Source: a virus
Taxonomy: Duplodnaviria; Caudoviricetes
IMG/VR virus record: IMGVR_UViG_3300044648_000159
Location: 1-58,566 of that record
DNA length: 58,566 nucleotides
Direction: 5' to 3' (one strand)
Part shown: positions 17,767 to 27,324 of the stretch, one piece after another
Position numbering within the stretch: position 1 is the first letter of the stretch
How the letters are laid out: every line of letters begins with the position of its first letter
Program-made: the position numbers and the translations under genes
Notes under the pieces: generated by a model
Told to the model about the DNA's origin: nothing
Databases searched by the model: none
What the model saw: the letters and a program-made list of their open reading frames with translations, nothing else

Positions 17767-18192
17767 CTAGTGATCTGATACAGGGATGCCACGCTTGGCG
17801 AGCTCAACCTTGAGATCGTTCCAGCGTTCCTGTGTGACGCGATTCTCACGCTCGACGAGAGCGAACTTTGCCGCCAATTCCTCAAACCGAGCGTTGGCAT
17901 GCATACGCATATCCTCCGCTCTCTTATCAGCCGATTCGGCTCTGTCGTATGCTGACTTGGCAACGATGCAGGCTACGAATGCTCCAACGATGGCAAGGGC
18001 CATCACCGCAACCACCCAAATCGCAACCTTACTTGCGCTTTTGTCGATCGTCAGCGTCAGGCTGATTGGCCCTTTCTGCTCGCTCAAGTTCGGTAACGCG
18101 ACTATCGAGTCCCCGGAGTTCGGTGTCGTGTCTGGAGTCCGAGCTGTCGTGGCGGGCGTCGGCTGACTCGAACCTTGCAACATCTCTTCCAT
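17767..18192 (-). CDS. Single-TM coiled-coil protein (start uncertain)
   Basis: VAIWVVAVMALAIVGAFVACIV plus coiled coil. Confidence 0.55.
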   Translation of the reverse strand: MEEMLQGSSQPTPATTARTPDTTPNSGDSIVALPNLSEQKGPISLTLTIDKSASKVAIWVVAVMALAIVGAFVACIVAKSAYDRAESADKRAEDMRMHANARFEELAAKFALVERENRVTQERWNDLKVELAKRGIPVSDH

Positions 18193-18400
18193 TCTGCTTC
18201 TCCCTTTCGTTGAGCATCACCCGGATTTCGGCAAACGAGCTCGCGAAACTCCACATGATGCCAAAAAGCGCAACTATGCCAGCAAGAATAAGGGCTTGCA
18301 GCAGCTGCATAATCCATTGCCTCCCTGCGCTATCTCCGCTCACTGCAAACATCGTCTCCCTCTCATACGGGTCGAAATCCTCTGGAAGCTGCTCACGCAT
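18029..18400 (-). CDS. Single-TM coiled-coil protein
   Basis: GGAG RBS; WIMQLLQALILAGIVALFGIMW TM segment. Confidence 0.6.
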   Translation of the reverse strand: MREQLPEDFDPYERETMFAVSGDSAGRQWIMQLLQALILAGIVALFGIMWSFASSFAEIRVMLNEREKQNGRDVARFESADARHDSSDSRHDTELRGLDSRVTELERAERANQPDADDRQKRK

Positions 18401-18498
18401 AGACCAGGCTCCCTTCGGTACTAAGTAAACAGGCTGGATTGGTGCGGTGAACAGGGATAGCGTTAGGCTCCCTAGTTCGGATAAATCGCCAAACCACC

Positions 18499-18675
18499 AT
18501 GAAGAAGTACAACTTCGACCCGCTCTGCCTCGATCTGGCAAGCCATTTTCTGGCGGACAGCGCACCAGAAGATGCAAAGAACGATCTGGCACAGGTCATA
18601 CAAGATGCTGTTGATGCTCATCGCCTTAAGACAGACAGGCCACCGCTGGCATCTTTTGAGAATCGACTGCAATGA
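18499..18675 (+). CDS. Small hypothetical protein on the opposite strand
   Basis: Hand-translated MKKYNFDPLCLDLASHFLAD... (58 aa). Confidence 0.5.
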   Translation: MKKYNFDPLCLDLASHFLADSAPEDAKNDLAQVIQDAVDAHRLKTDRPPLASFENRLQ

Positions 18676-18815
18676 CCAAACTTGAACGCATCGCAGGCTT
18701 GACCATCCTTCTCGGGTTCATCTGCACTCTGGACGTCGCCTTTTTCGACCATCTCTCCGCACAACTCTCTGCAGTGATTGGCGAACTCGCGCAGGCCGTG
18801 TCGCTCAAGAATTAG
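18672..18815 (+). CDS. Small membrane protein on the opposite strand
   Basis: Hand-translated MTKLERIAGLTILLGFICTLDV... (47 aa); ATGA overlap. Confidence 0.45.
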   Translation: MTKLERIAGLTILLGFICTLDVAFFDHLSAQLSAVIGELAQAVSLKN

Positions 18816-19711
18816 CAGGCGATCTGTATCTGCCGGTACTTGTTCGCGTTCGTGAGCGACGGCCATGGGTCACCGGATAAGACCTCAAGCGCAACCTGAG
18901 TGATGTACATATCCTGCGTCTGAGGCGTCACAGTCTCCAACGCAACCTGCGTAATCACTGCGTGATTCGCAAACGCGCTGACAGCTTCGATGGCAAGCTG
19001 CGTCGCTATCGCGTTCGGACTGATGGTGTTGACGACTTCTACTGCTTCTTGAGTTTGACGCGCAACTGTCGCTATGGCGCCTTCCGGAACAGCTATCGTG
19101 TATGCGACCCAATCCTCGTTCGCGCTCGTGAAAGTGCCCGGATCATCTGCCGTGTCGGCGAGCGACGCTAAATCAGCAACGCTGACTCCGGCTCCCGAAG
19201 CTCCACCAGCCTGCGACGTTAGATTTCCGTATCCAGCTGGAGCAACACTTGCGGTTACAGTCGCATCAAAGCACGCCGCCGCGATAAACAGTAAGTCCTG
19301 AGATGCGCCCGAAATAGATACATTGGGTGGGTTCGCATTAGTGCTACTGCCCGACGCGCTGGCAATGAACACGGCCCCGCCGTGCCCAGTGATGCGAATA
19401 CAGATGTGCGAAGACTGCTCATCATTGTCTGGCGTGTAGTATCGGAGTAGGTCAAGACCCCCTCCTTGGGCAATCTTCCAAACAACACGAGCACTAACGC
19501 CGCCCGCCGTGACCTGCACGGTAGCGGTACGATTCCATAGTGGGCCTGAATATCCTTCATCGAAGGAAACACTTGAAATAGTGCCGCCATCGAACGCGCT
19601 TACTACAACAAGCAGGTCGCCTGCATTCGGACTGCCGAGATTGATCGCATGGTATGTCGAGTTAGAATTTACAAGCGTCGCTGTCCGCGCCGCTATGACC
19701 GGCGCGGTCAT
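18812..19711 (-). CDS. Virion protein (beta-rich tail appendage candidate)
   Basis: GDLLVV, DDPGTF motifs; repeated xTQxAxEV C-terminus; tail operon position. Confidence 0.65.
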   Translation of the reverse strand: MTAPVIAARTATLVNSNSTYHAINLGSPNAGDLLVVVSAFDGGTISSVSFDEGYSGPLWNRTATVQVTAGGVSARVVWKIAQGGGLDLLRYYTPDNDEQSSHICIRITGHGGAVFIASASGSSTNANPPNVSISGASQDLLFIAAACFDATVTASVAPAGYGNLTSQAGGASGAGVSVADLASLADTADDPGTFTSANEDWVAYTIAVPEGAIATVARQTQEAVEVVNTISPNAIATQLAIEAVSAFANHAVITQVALETVTPQTQDMYITQVALEVLSGDPWPSLTNANKYRQIQIAC

Positions 19712-20736
19712 GCGGCTACCTTCACTCCAAACTCAGCGGAATTCAGGTTTGTTCTAGTCCACGCCGCTGCCGTATTGGGGTCAGTTTCTCTGATCTCACG
19801 ATAACAAGCGTACGTCGTACTGAGCGCTTGTGCAGATCCATCAGTATCGCTTCCGCCGGAACGAACTACCGATTGAATCGAACGATTGCCGGAGTCGTCC
19901 TTCTTGGCAACCATATTAATCTGGAGACCAAAGATACTGCTCGGCGTATGTGACATGTCAGTGTAAGCATACGTATCCTTCTGGGCTACAGTCGCAGACT
20001 GAACATAGTCTGTATCCCCATTTTGGGAGGCTTCATCAACGAGGGCATAGTTGTCTGTACTATTTCCGTCGGAGCCCGTTAGCTGCGAGCTATTGCCGTT
20101 ACCGCTGGGAAGATAGCAGTCGACTCGAACATCTCCCAGGAAATCGTTATTCGTGGAGCCTTGCCCGTCACAAATAACCAAATCATCGAAGTCTGTGTTG
20201 CTTGTCGCGATGCCACTTATCTGAATCACATTGGCACTGGCATTCGCCGTGTTCTTCGTGTCCTGACTCGTGATGTTTATCCAACCAGTGCTAGATCCGT
20301 TCACCTTCACTTCAACGCTGCCGGTGGTGTCATTGATCGCAACCTTAGTCTCAATGAAGTACTGAGTACTTATAGATAACGAGCTAGAGCTGGTTGCGAG
20401 AGTTGTGCCATTTCTAGTAGCACGAATAGTGCCATCTGGACGAACCCGAATGTCAACTTGAATACTTCCCGCATCCAGGAATGTCAGGAATGCGCGATCG
20501 TTCGAACCGTCGAACGCGCTGGTGCGAAAAGAATGTGACACAATCCAAGTGGCTTGTGCGTCTAGCGTCTTAGAAGCCGATCCACTGCTGGATGGAATTC
20601 GGAGAGAGTTTGTACTGCGCCTGCCATTTCCCGAAGAAATGGCAGGGCCACTGCCGCCGCCTGCTGTCGACGTCCATTTCTGCGTGATGTCAGCCGTTGC
20701 GTAGTGATCAAAGCTATCGACGAATCGAAGTGTCAT
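19708..20736 (-). CDS. Virion protein with lectin-like beta-sandwich
   Basis: Ser/Thr-rich, FDDLVI; C-terminal DPNTAAAWT..LN.AEFG seen in phage structural proteins. Confidence 0.65.
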   Translation of the reverse strand: MTLRFVDSFDHYATADITQKWTSTAGGGSGPAISSGNGRRSTNSLRIPSSSGSASKTLDAQATWIVSHSFRTSAFDGSNDRAFLTFLDAGSIQVDIRVRPDGTIRATRNGTTLATSSSSLSISTQYFIETKVAINDTTGSVEVKVNGSSTGWINITSQDTKNTANASANVIQISGIATSNTDFDDLVICDGQGSTNNDFLGDVRVDCYLPSGNGNSSQLTGSDGNSTDNYALVDEASQNGDTDYVQSATVAQKDTYAYTDMSHTPSSIFGLQINMVAKKDDSGNRSIQSVVRSGGSDTDGSAQALSTTYACYREIRETDPNTAAAWTRTNLNSAEFGVKVAA

Positions 20737-20754
20737 GGTTGAAGCCTCACTCTT

Positions 20755-21435
20755 TTACCGAGTGCCCGCAAGAATGAAGGAAATATCGGACAGCGACGCG
20801 TCCGGGGAGCTCGGAGCAATCACGGTCAGCACATCGCCCACCGCGAAAACAGTTTCGGATGCCATGTCAAAAGTGGCAGCTGTTGCAGCAGCGGCGAAGG
20901 TCATGGTGCCCACCGATACACCGTCTTGCTGGATGTCGAAGTCGGCATCCGAGGTTGCCGCGACACCGGCCACGCCTTGCGATGGCGATAGCCCCGCCGC
21001 GAATGTGACCTCACGCGGAAACGCGTACCGCAAACAAACTGCGCTAGCGTCAGGAACTCCGGTGACCATGGCACCCACATCGTATGGTGGCGCCCCTCCT
21101 CCACCGCCTGGCTCCCAATATCCCGAGCTGCTCTCGTCATACACGTACTCGCTATCACCAGGAACATAGGCACGCCATCCCGGCAGTGGCACCAGGAATT
21201 GCCAACCTCCCGAGTAGTACGCCACTTCCTGGGCATGACCAACCCACGCCCCCGTCGGCGTCGCTCCCACCAAGTACCGATCACCCTCAGCAGGCGATCC
21301 CGGGGGATCGTCCTGGTATCCGAGTGCGGATATCTGCATCGCCGCCTCAAGCGCACGAAACGCCGCATTGACGATCACCTCGGGCTGGCTTTGTGCTGCC
21401 GCGAGTTCGTCCATTTCAAGAATCGGCGTCGTCAT
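20755..21435 (-). CDS. DUF2793-containing tail protein
   Basis: QSQPEVIVNAA, PPGSPAEGDRYLVGATPTGAWVG, GWQF..P.PGW. Confidence 0.85.
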   Translation of the reverse strand: MTTPILEMDELAAAQSQPEVIVNAAFRALEAAMQISALGYQDDPPGSPAEGDRYLVGATPTGAWVGHAQEVAYYSGGWQFLVPLPGWRAYVPGDSEYVYDESSSGYWEPGGGGGAPPYDVGAMVTGVPDASAVCLRYAFPREVTFAAGLSPSQGVAGVAATSDADFDIQQDGVSVGTMTFAAAATAATFDMASETVFAVGDVLTVIAPSSPDASLSDISFILAGTR

Positions 21436-24400
21436 ACGATTGATTCCCCAGGCGTGCCGCGGCCCACGATCGCGGACAGTTGATAGACTCGCACCGTTAC
21501 AGCAGCTACAGGACCGCCGAAATCAGTTGTTTGCTGGGCTGAGGTGTAGACGACTGATGTCGTAGAACTAGTTAGCGTGCGAAGAACAGTCACATCGTCT
21601 ACATCGATGATGTCAATGGAGTACGACTCGCTTGCTTCAGAGTTTGGCACCTCGATGCCGCTGCTCATGGTCTGGTGTAGACGGTCGCGGCGAATCCACG
21701 TAATGGTCAGGTCATCTGTCATTTCATCCCGTGACCCAAGAATATGCACGGGCGAGAATGTTTCTAGCGCCATTCCGTTTCCGGTAAACGCTTGACTTAA
21801 GGCTCCGATGAACTGCGATCCAATCGTGACTGCGCGATAGATCAGCTCGGCGCCAATCTGTGCCGTCGTCAACGGCAGGCGAATTATTCCTGGCCCCGAG
21901 ACCAACACAAAATAGTCATTAGCGGCGCTTGTTCCGACGATATGCTCAGTTCCGCGACGTCCACGCAACAGCGTTGTCAAGCGATAGCGGTTGGCTGAGA
22001 TGACTTCCGCATTCAAGAACTGAACAATCTCCCATCGTCCATTGACGCCGATCGCCGCCGCATTCGCCCCAAGCAACACTGCCGCTTCGGTCCGACTTTC
22101 CAGCGTCGTTCCTGTGGGAACTACCACGTCAATTTCATTCTCGTAGTCCCATGTACTCGTGATTCCAACGGGAAGTGCTGTATTCACGCGTCCTACCGTT
22201 GCCTCATTGGCCACAGCGCCTACCTGGACCCACGATCCACCACCATCAGCGCTACGGTAGATGACCGCCCCATTCCACGTCGTGCCGATCCCAGTACGCC
22301 TTGCTGCGGCATAAAATCCAGCGTCGTCGTCCTCCTCTCTGAGCGCCGGCAAATCCATCAACAGGATCTCGGTGGCCGCATTCAACGTCAATCTACTTGG
22401 CGGACGTGCGGGAACATCGGCCACTGCAGTCGACTCATAAGAGCCGTCATCATCGCGAACCAATTCTGCACGTCGCAGGATTAGATCAGATGCAGTGAGA
22501 GTTGCGATTCGCATTCGCTCATTGCGCCCGTCGACGGGCACAATAACCGCATCTGCAGGCTCCAACTCCGTCCAATAACGATCAAACGATATGTCGTGCA
22601 CCCACCTGGCCCGCCAGGCGTCTGCCCAAATGATCTCGGCAATCTGCGCCGCCTGGTCGTCATCGAGCGCGGCTACCAGATCAACGTCCACATCGTTCAC
22701 AGCGTCAGTTGTTAAACGAACCGGGCTGATTTGTTCCCCCGGCTCGTAATCACGACTTGGCGCCATGTAGTGAACGCGTATCATGCGCGGCAATTCAACC
22801 GCATCGATCTTGCGAGTGGTCACCGCTGGCGGAGCCTCTTGCCCACTCTCGTGTGCACTGAGCTCGTCAGCAGTGACTGTCGCTACCGCCGCCTTACCTC
22901 GAGTCACAAACTTAAGAACCGAGTCAGATTCGACGGAATCCCAGAATCCTATCATCCGCGTCGGCTCTATCGTGGCACGACCACTCATGGGTCTAGTGCG
23001 CGCATAGCCGTGTACAAAGATGGTCTCTAGATCGGTGACATTAATATCATCGTCCGTAAGGCCACAGTCATCACATACGCGTGCAACAATCGTTGCTAAC
23101 GACACATCCTCTGGAGATGGATGACCAAACTCCAACACAACGGGGCCGACCGTTGACTCGAACGTAATCATGCGATTACTGCCACCATCGAATACGCTTT
23201 CTCCATTGAACGAGCCAACTTGGCCCTGTGGCCCCCAATCAATGTCAACGTATGTTCCGTCCCTCGTATCTAGATAGCGCGTCGATGTAGTACGAGCCCA
23301 CGCTAGCCTGTGATTCTGCACACGGTCGAGATTATTGTTAGAATGAAACGCAGGCAGAGACGTTTCAATATTCCAAATTATCGCGTCTGTTTCTGGATCC
23401 CACTTGATCAATCGTTCTGTAGTGCTGCCAGCCGGTCCGCCAACCACACCAATCAGTAACGTTTGATCCCAGGCGTCGAATAAAAACAATCGAATATCGG
23501 AGAATCTGGTCCACGTCGCATCGATCGCAGATGCAGCGATACTGCCTATCTGTTCATCCTCAAACGCTAAAACCAATAATAGTGGATGGAATACTGCGCT
23601 AGGGCGATGAATCAGGAGTGGCTGTGATGTCGTCGTACTGTGATCACATGCAATGGCATATGCATAGGCACGACCAAGTAACGAAGTCAGTCCGCGGCAG
23701 ACCTTGCCATCGTCATATCCTGGAGGCGGCGTCCAGAACATACCTCCGATCATAGTCGTCCCGTCGTATCGGGAGAAATATGGCCCTGTCACCGAGACCG
23801 AGTAAATTACATCTCCATATCCCGGGACATATACCGTGACCGCCTCATCCCAAAAGTCGGAGGCCCCTCCCGCCGCACGCTGCATCTCCATCAACAACGT
23901 GTCCGGATTAAGACGAGCGATTGCTAAGTTGTCCCCGCTCGTAAACCACGGGAAATATATGTGCCCTAGATAACCAATCGTCAGCGCACCGATACCAATG
24001 TTAGGATACGGCCGCGGTGTCCCGGCTAACGCATCCGTGAACAGCACTTGCAGTATTTCAGTGTTGTCGGATGTTCGATAAACTCGGAATCCTTCCTCGT
24101 CTTCTCCACCAGACGTGTCCATGACAACATAGCGACCGCGAGCCCAATCGACTACCAACGTGCTACTAAAGTTTTCCTCCAGGATGCCACCCGGCAGGAA
24201 CGTTGGTGGAATGCGTTCGCGATCGGTCACGCCGTCATATACTTCAAATCTCCACTGCGGATGACGACGCGCTTGTTCGTCCGATAGGTGACGTTCATAA
24301 AATACAACGTAGGCCAGGTCCCGAAACGCGGGTACGTTACCAACGCCTTCGACCTGTTCGATGACTGGATCCGGGAGCTGATCGACTGCGCCTGTATAGA

Positions 24401-24908
24401 CCGTCATGCGAGCGGTATACAGAAATGAAGCTTCTGTGCGTTCCAGATACTCCTGAGCGGTCTCATCATCCTGCTGCGGCCGAACGTCATAGACCAGTTT
24501 GCCGTTTTCCCAGATTCTTAGGATGCCTCCGATTGGCCTGTCGAACGACCCACACAGCCCAACCGCGATAGATTGGAAGTAGGTATACGTTGTCTGTGTC
24601 TGCTCAGGACCGCCCTTACCTCCAACTTCTTCGGTCGTCACAATTTCGATGCGGGGACCCAGCCACATCACCGTGCCGGGAACTGTGATGGTCCCCCACG
24701 TTTCAATTACAGGTACACCGACCTGAGCGGTCGTGCTCTGCATGTCCTCCATGCGAGGACCGAACTGCTGTGGAAGTTGGGTTGGGAACAGCACCGTTCC
24801 AGCCAGCAGACCGAGCTGGATGCCATACATCGCACCAGTCGGGCCACCGACGAAGAATCCGATAATTCCGCCGATGATCGCCGAGCCGGCTTGCCCCGAA
24901 TTACTCAT
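21432..24908 (-). CDS. Tail tip / central fibre protein (GTA-like)
   Basis: GPRMED, IWENGK, VPAFRDLAYVVF, LLRGRRGTE, LTITWIRRDR; 1158 aa. Confidence 0.88.
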   Translation of the reverse strand: MSNSGQAGSAIIGGIIGFFVGGPTGAMYGIQLGLLAGTVLFPTQLPQQFGPRMEDMQSTTAQVGVPVIETWGTITVPGTVMWLGPRIEIVTTEEVGGKGGPEQTQTTYTYFQSIAVGLCGSFDRPIGGILRIWENGKLVYDVRPQQDDETAQEYLERTEASFLYTARMTVYTGAVDQLPDPVIEQVEGVGNVPAFRDLAYVVFYERHLSDEQARRHPQWRFEVYDGVTDRERIPPTFLPGGILEENFSSTLVVDWARGRYVVMDTSGGEDEEGFRVYRTSDNTEILQVLFTDALAGTPRPYPNIGIGALTIGYLGHIYFPWFTSGDNLAIARLNPDTLLMEMQRAAGGASDFWDEAVTVYVPGYGDVIYSVSVTGPYFSRYDGTTMIGGMFWTPPPGYDDGKVCRGLTSLLGRAYAYAIACDHSTTTSQPLLIHRPSAVFHPLLLVLAFEDEQIGSIAASAIDATWTRFSDIRLFLFDAWDQTLLIGVVGGPAGSTTERLIKWDPETDAIIWNIETSLPAFHSNNNLDRVQNHRLAWARTTSTRYLDTRDGTYVDIDWGPQGQVGSFNGESVFDGGSNRMITFESTVGPVVLEFGHPSPEDVSLATIVARVCDDCGLTDDDINVTDLETIFVHGYARTRPMSGRATIEPTRMIGFWDSVESDSVLKFVTRGKAAVATVTADELSAHESGQEAPPAVTTRKIDAVELPRMIRVHYMAPSRDYEPGEQISPVRLTTDAVNDVDVDLVAALDDDQAAQIAEIIWADAWRARWVHDISFDRYWTELEPADAVIVPVDGRNERMRIATLTASDLILRRAELVRDDDGSYESTAVADVPARPPSRLTLNAATEILLMDLPALREEDDDAGFYAAARRTGIGTTWNGAVIYRSADGGGSWVQVGAVANEATVGRVNTALPVGITSTWDYENEIDVVVPTGTTLESRTEAAVLLGANAAAIGVNGRWEIVQFLNAEVISANRYRLTTLLRGRRGTEHIVGTSAANDYFVLVSGPGIIRLPLTTAQIGAELIYRAVTIGSQFIGALSQAFTGNGMALETFSPVHILGSRDEMTDDLTITWIRRDRLHQTMSSGIEVPNSEASESYSIDIIDVDDVTVLRTLTSSTTSVVYTSAQQTTDFGGPVAAVTVRVYQLSAIVGRGTPGESIV

Positions 24909-25375
24909 GCAGCCCCTCTGAAGCTGCGGTGCGGCGGGCCACTCCAGTCAATTCCTACACTTGTAATCGGCACGCCATCTCGCCAACGCTGCAAAGAGAT
25001 AAACGCGCCGCCGCCGTCATGAACAATCGCGCCATGAGATACGCCAGCGCCTACCCCCACCATCATTCCCTGTGTCGACGTGTTACTTGTGAACACCTCG
25101 GGCGGAAACATCGATCGGCCACGCACCGTGAATTGGATATGTCCGGCAAGCATGACTTCAATTGAGTTGACGTTAGGGTGAGCATGTTCGGGGAACACAC
25201 CCGCATCCGTACTCATGAATAGTTCTGCTTGATAAGGAGCCTCTCGATATAAGATCACGCTGCTTACTCGGCTTCCTTGTGCTTCGAAGTCATAAGTCGC
25301 GGAGCGCGGAATGCGCCAAGCGGTCGGCGGAGTTTTCATAAACCATCGCGCGAAAGCTGCGAGGTTTCTATGCAT
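24905..25375 (-). CDS. Cupin-like hypothetical protein
   Basis: PEHAHPNVNSIE...GVSHGA (HxH..E..H); start uncertain. Confidence 0.5.
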   Translation of the reverse strand: MHRNLAAFARWFMKTPPTAWRIPRSATYDFEAQGSRVSSVILYREAPYQAELFMSTDAGVFPEHAHPNVNSIEVMLAGHIQFTVRGRSMFPPEVFTSNTSTQGMMVGVGAGVSHGAIVHDGGGAFISLQRWRDGVPITSVGIDWSGPPHRSFRGAA

Positions 25376-25796
25376 ACGAAACGCCCGGAATCTTCCACAG
25401 AGAATGCTGGCAGCGCTGCCAAAGACCACGATAACCACACTCGACCACCTGACCAGCACGAGCGTCCGAATGAATAATGTTCCCGCCCGCATAGACGCCG
25501 AAATGGCGGGGGAATTTCTCTTGCGGAAACTTCATGACGATCAGACAGCCATCGATCGGCTGCGAGATCGGCGTGCACAGTTCTCGTACGCTACGAAGCA
25601 AATCCGGGTGAGCGCCCCGACCATAGTTGCGCTTGTCCGTAATGCCGAGAAACTGCGCTAAGTCGATGCCAGCACCTTTGAACGACAGGTCAATAAGTCC
25701 AATGCAATCCACGCCGCACAGTCCGCGGCCTTGATGCTGCCAGGGCACACCAATCAGCGCGCGTGCCTGTGCGACAAATTCTTCCGCAGTTATCAC
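25368..25796 (-). CDS. NlpC/P60 tail-associated peptidase
   Basis: ARALIGVPWQHQGR..GVDCIGL, HFGV, IIHS. Confidence 0.9.
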   Translation of the reverse strand: MITAEEFVAQARALIGVPWQHQGRGLCGVDCIGLIDLSFKGAGIDLAQFLGITDKRNYGRGAHPDLLRSVRELCTPISQPIDGCLIVMKFPQEKFPRHFGVYAGGNIIHSDARAGQVVECGYRGLWQRCQHSLWKIPGVSYA

Positions 25797-26686
25797 GTTG
25801 GCCCTCGCAGGATTGCAAGAACACCCGGAATGAAAACACCGAAGCCGCGAAAGTTGATGATGTTGTCATGGACATCTCGACACGTGCTCAATCGCCTGTC
25901 GCATGCCGGCGGCAACTCAAGTGTATCTCCCACCACCGGGTCAGCAGGAAATTCATCCCAGGTTGTAATTGTAAGTGTAGTTCCGACGATTACCGCTCGT
26001 TTAACCTCTCTGAAGAAATCTTCATTTTCACCAGATGTAAATGTCAGCTTCGCCCCATCAAAGTAAGTCGGATTCGGTGCAGCTGCGCCAGCGGTGATTT
26101 CTATGTCGAATCTTCTGCGACTCGTGACCGCTGTAACGATTGCTTGACGTGTTGCCGCAGGTAGATTGAAGCCGCATCGAATGTCGCCAAACTCAACCAC
26201 ATTGCAACGCTCGGAGTATGTCCATCCGATGTTTTGCGAGAGTCTCTGAGTCAATCCACGTACTTCAACCTTATAACGCCCATCCGAGTCTCTGGACGGG
26301 ATGCCAAGGTATCCACGACGCTCAACCAGCTGGCCATCGTCAGGGCTCAAATAATTAATACCGAAAACATGAACTGGTGCGTTGTCCAGCAATCCTGCCT
26401 CGATCTCCGCTACCGTAATATCTGGAATCTCGTATTCGTCCGGGAGCGCGCCATCAACTTCCATATTGTCGACTGACATATCGCTCGTAGAGCGAATGTC
26501 TGAACCGGTGATATTTGCTACTGATCGATACACACCCAGGTGTGATCCGACAGTAATCTCAATATCTTGATCGTGATCTGTCGACCGAATTATTTCGCCG
26601 TTACCTTTCTCGATCGTCCAACAGATAGCTAGCGTGCTAACTTCCTGGCGAAGATGCGCCAGCAGCGGCGCTGACACTGTTCTCAT
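25793..26686 (-). CDS. Baseplate hub, DUF2163/BR0599-like
   Basis: TDHD, C..EFGD.RC, CDRRLSTC..NIINFRGF..IPG. Confidence 0.88.
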   Translation of the reverse strand: MRTVSAPLLAHLRQEVSTLAICWTIEKGNGEIIRSTDHDQDIEITVGSHLGVYRSVANITGSDIRSTSDMSVDNMEVDGALPDEYEIPDITVAEIEAGLLDNAPVHVFGINYLSPDDGQLVERRGYLGIPSRDSDGRYKVEVRGLTQRLSQNIGWTYSERCNVVEFGDIRCGFNLPAATRQAIVTAVTSRRRFDIEITAGAAAPNPTYFDGAKLTFTSGENEDFFREVKRAVIVGTTLTITTWDEFPADPVVGDTLELPPACDRRLSTCRDVHDNIINFRGFGVFIPGVLAILRGPT

Positions 26687-27324
26687 ACGCGCGGTATCCT
26701 GATCTCAGCAATCGAGAAGTCACACGCTTGCAAGCGCTGTTCTGAAATCGCGATATCCAACACGCTGTCAAAGCGTGCATACACGTAGAATTCACCACCC
26801 CACGCTGTCGGAGTTCCTACGAATGATTCTTCTGGCGTTAGTAGGCCAGTCCCCTCGTCTAGCGTCCACGAACTCTCAGGTTGCTCAACGCCAGACTCAT
26901 TCGCCACACGGATTGTGTCGCCCTTGGGCTTGTATATTTCTCGAATCTGCAGAAGCGATCCGAATGCGTATGACTTCACCAATTGATAACCAGACGGGCT
27001 GTCTTCCTCGAAAACTAACCCCTGGTCCAAGGGCGTCGGCGTCTCATGAGTTTTGCAGCTCTTGTAGTCTGCGTGGTCCTTGAGACGGAAGCCAGTGGCC
27101 ATACCGCCCATCGCATGCCAGAAATACAGGATCTCCTGGATCTCTTCCTCAACACGGTTTCCCATCGGCACGGCCACGTAGCGATGCAATGGTCTAGACC
27201 ATTTTCGAGTGCGGCGTTCGTGCCCGCCCTCGCGCTCTATGATCTTGACTTTGTAACGGGGGCCGCTTGTGAAGCCGAACGAAGGACATCCGGGGAAGAT
27301 TTCCGTCGTGTCAGGTATCAGCAT
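26683..27324 (-). CDS. Distal tail protein, DUF2460-like
   Basis: GGHERR..WS.PL, GFRLKDHADY, GEFYV.ARFD. Confidence 0.85.
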   Translation of the reverse strand: MLIPDTTEIFPGCPSFGFTSGPRYKVKIIEREGGHERRTRKWSRPLHRYVAVPMGNRVEEEIQEILYFWHAMGGMATGFRLKDHADYKSCKTHETPTPLDQGLVFEEDSPSGYQLVKSYAFGSLLQIREIYKPKGDTIRVANESGVEQPESSWTLDEGTGLLTPEESFVGTPTAWGGEFYVYARFDSVLDIAISEQRLQACDFSIAEIRIPRV

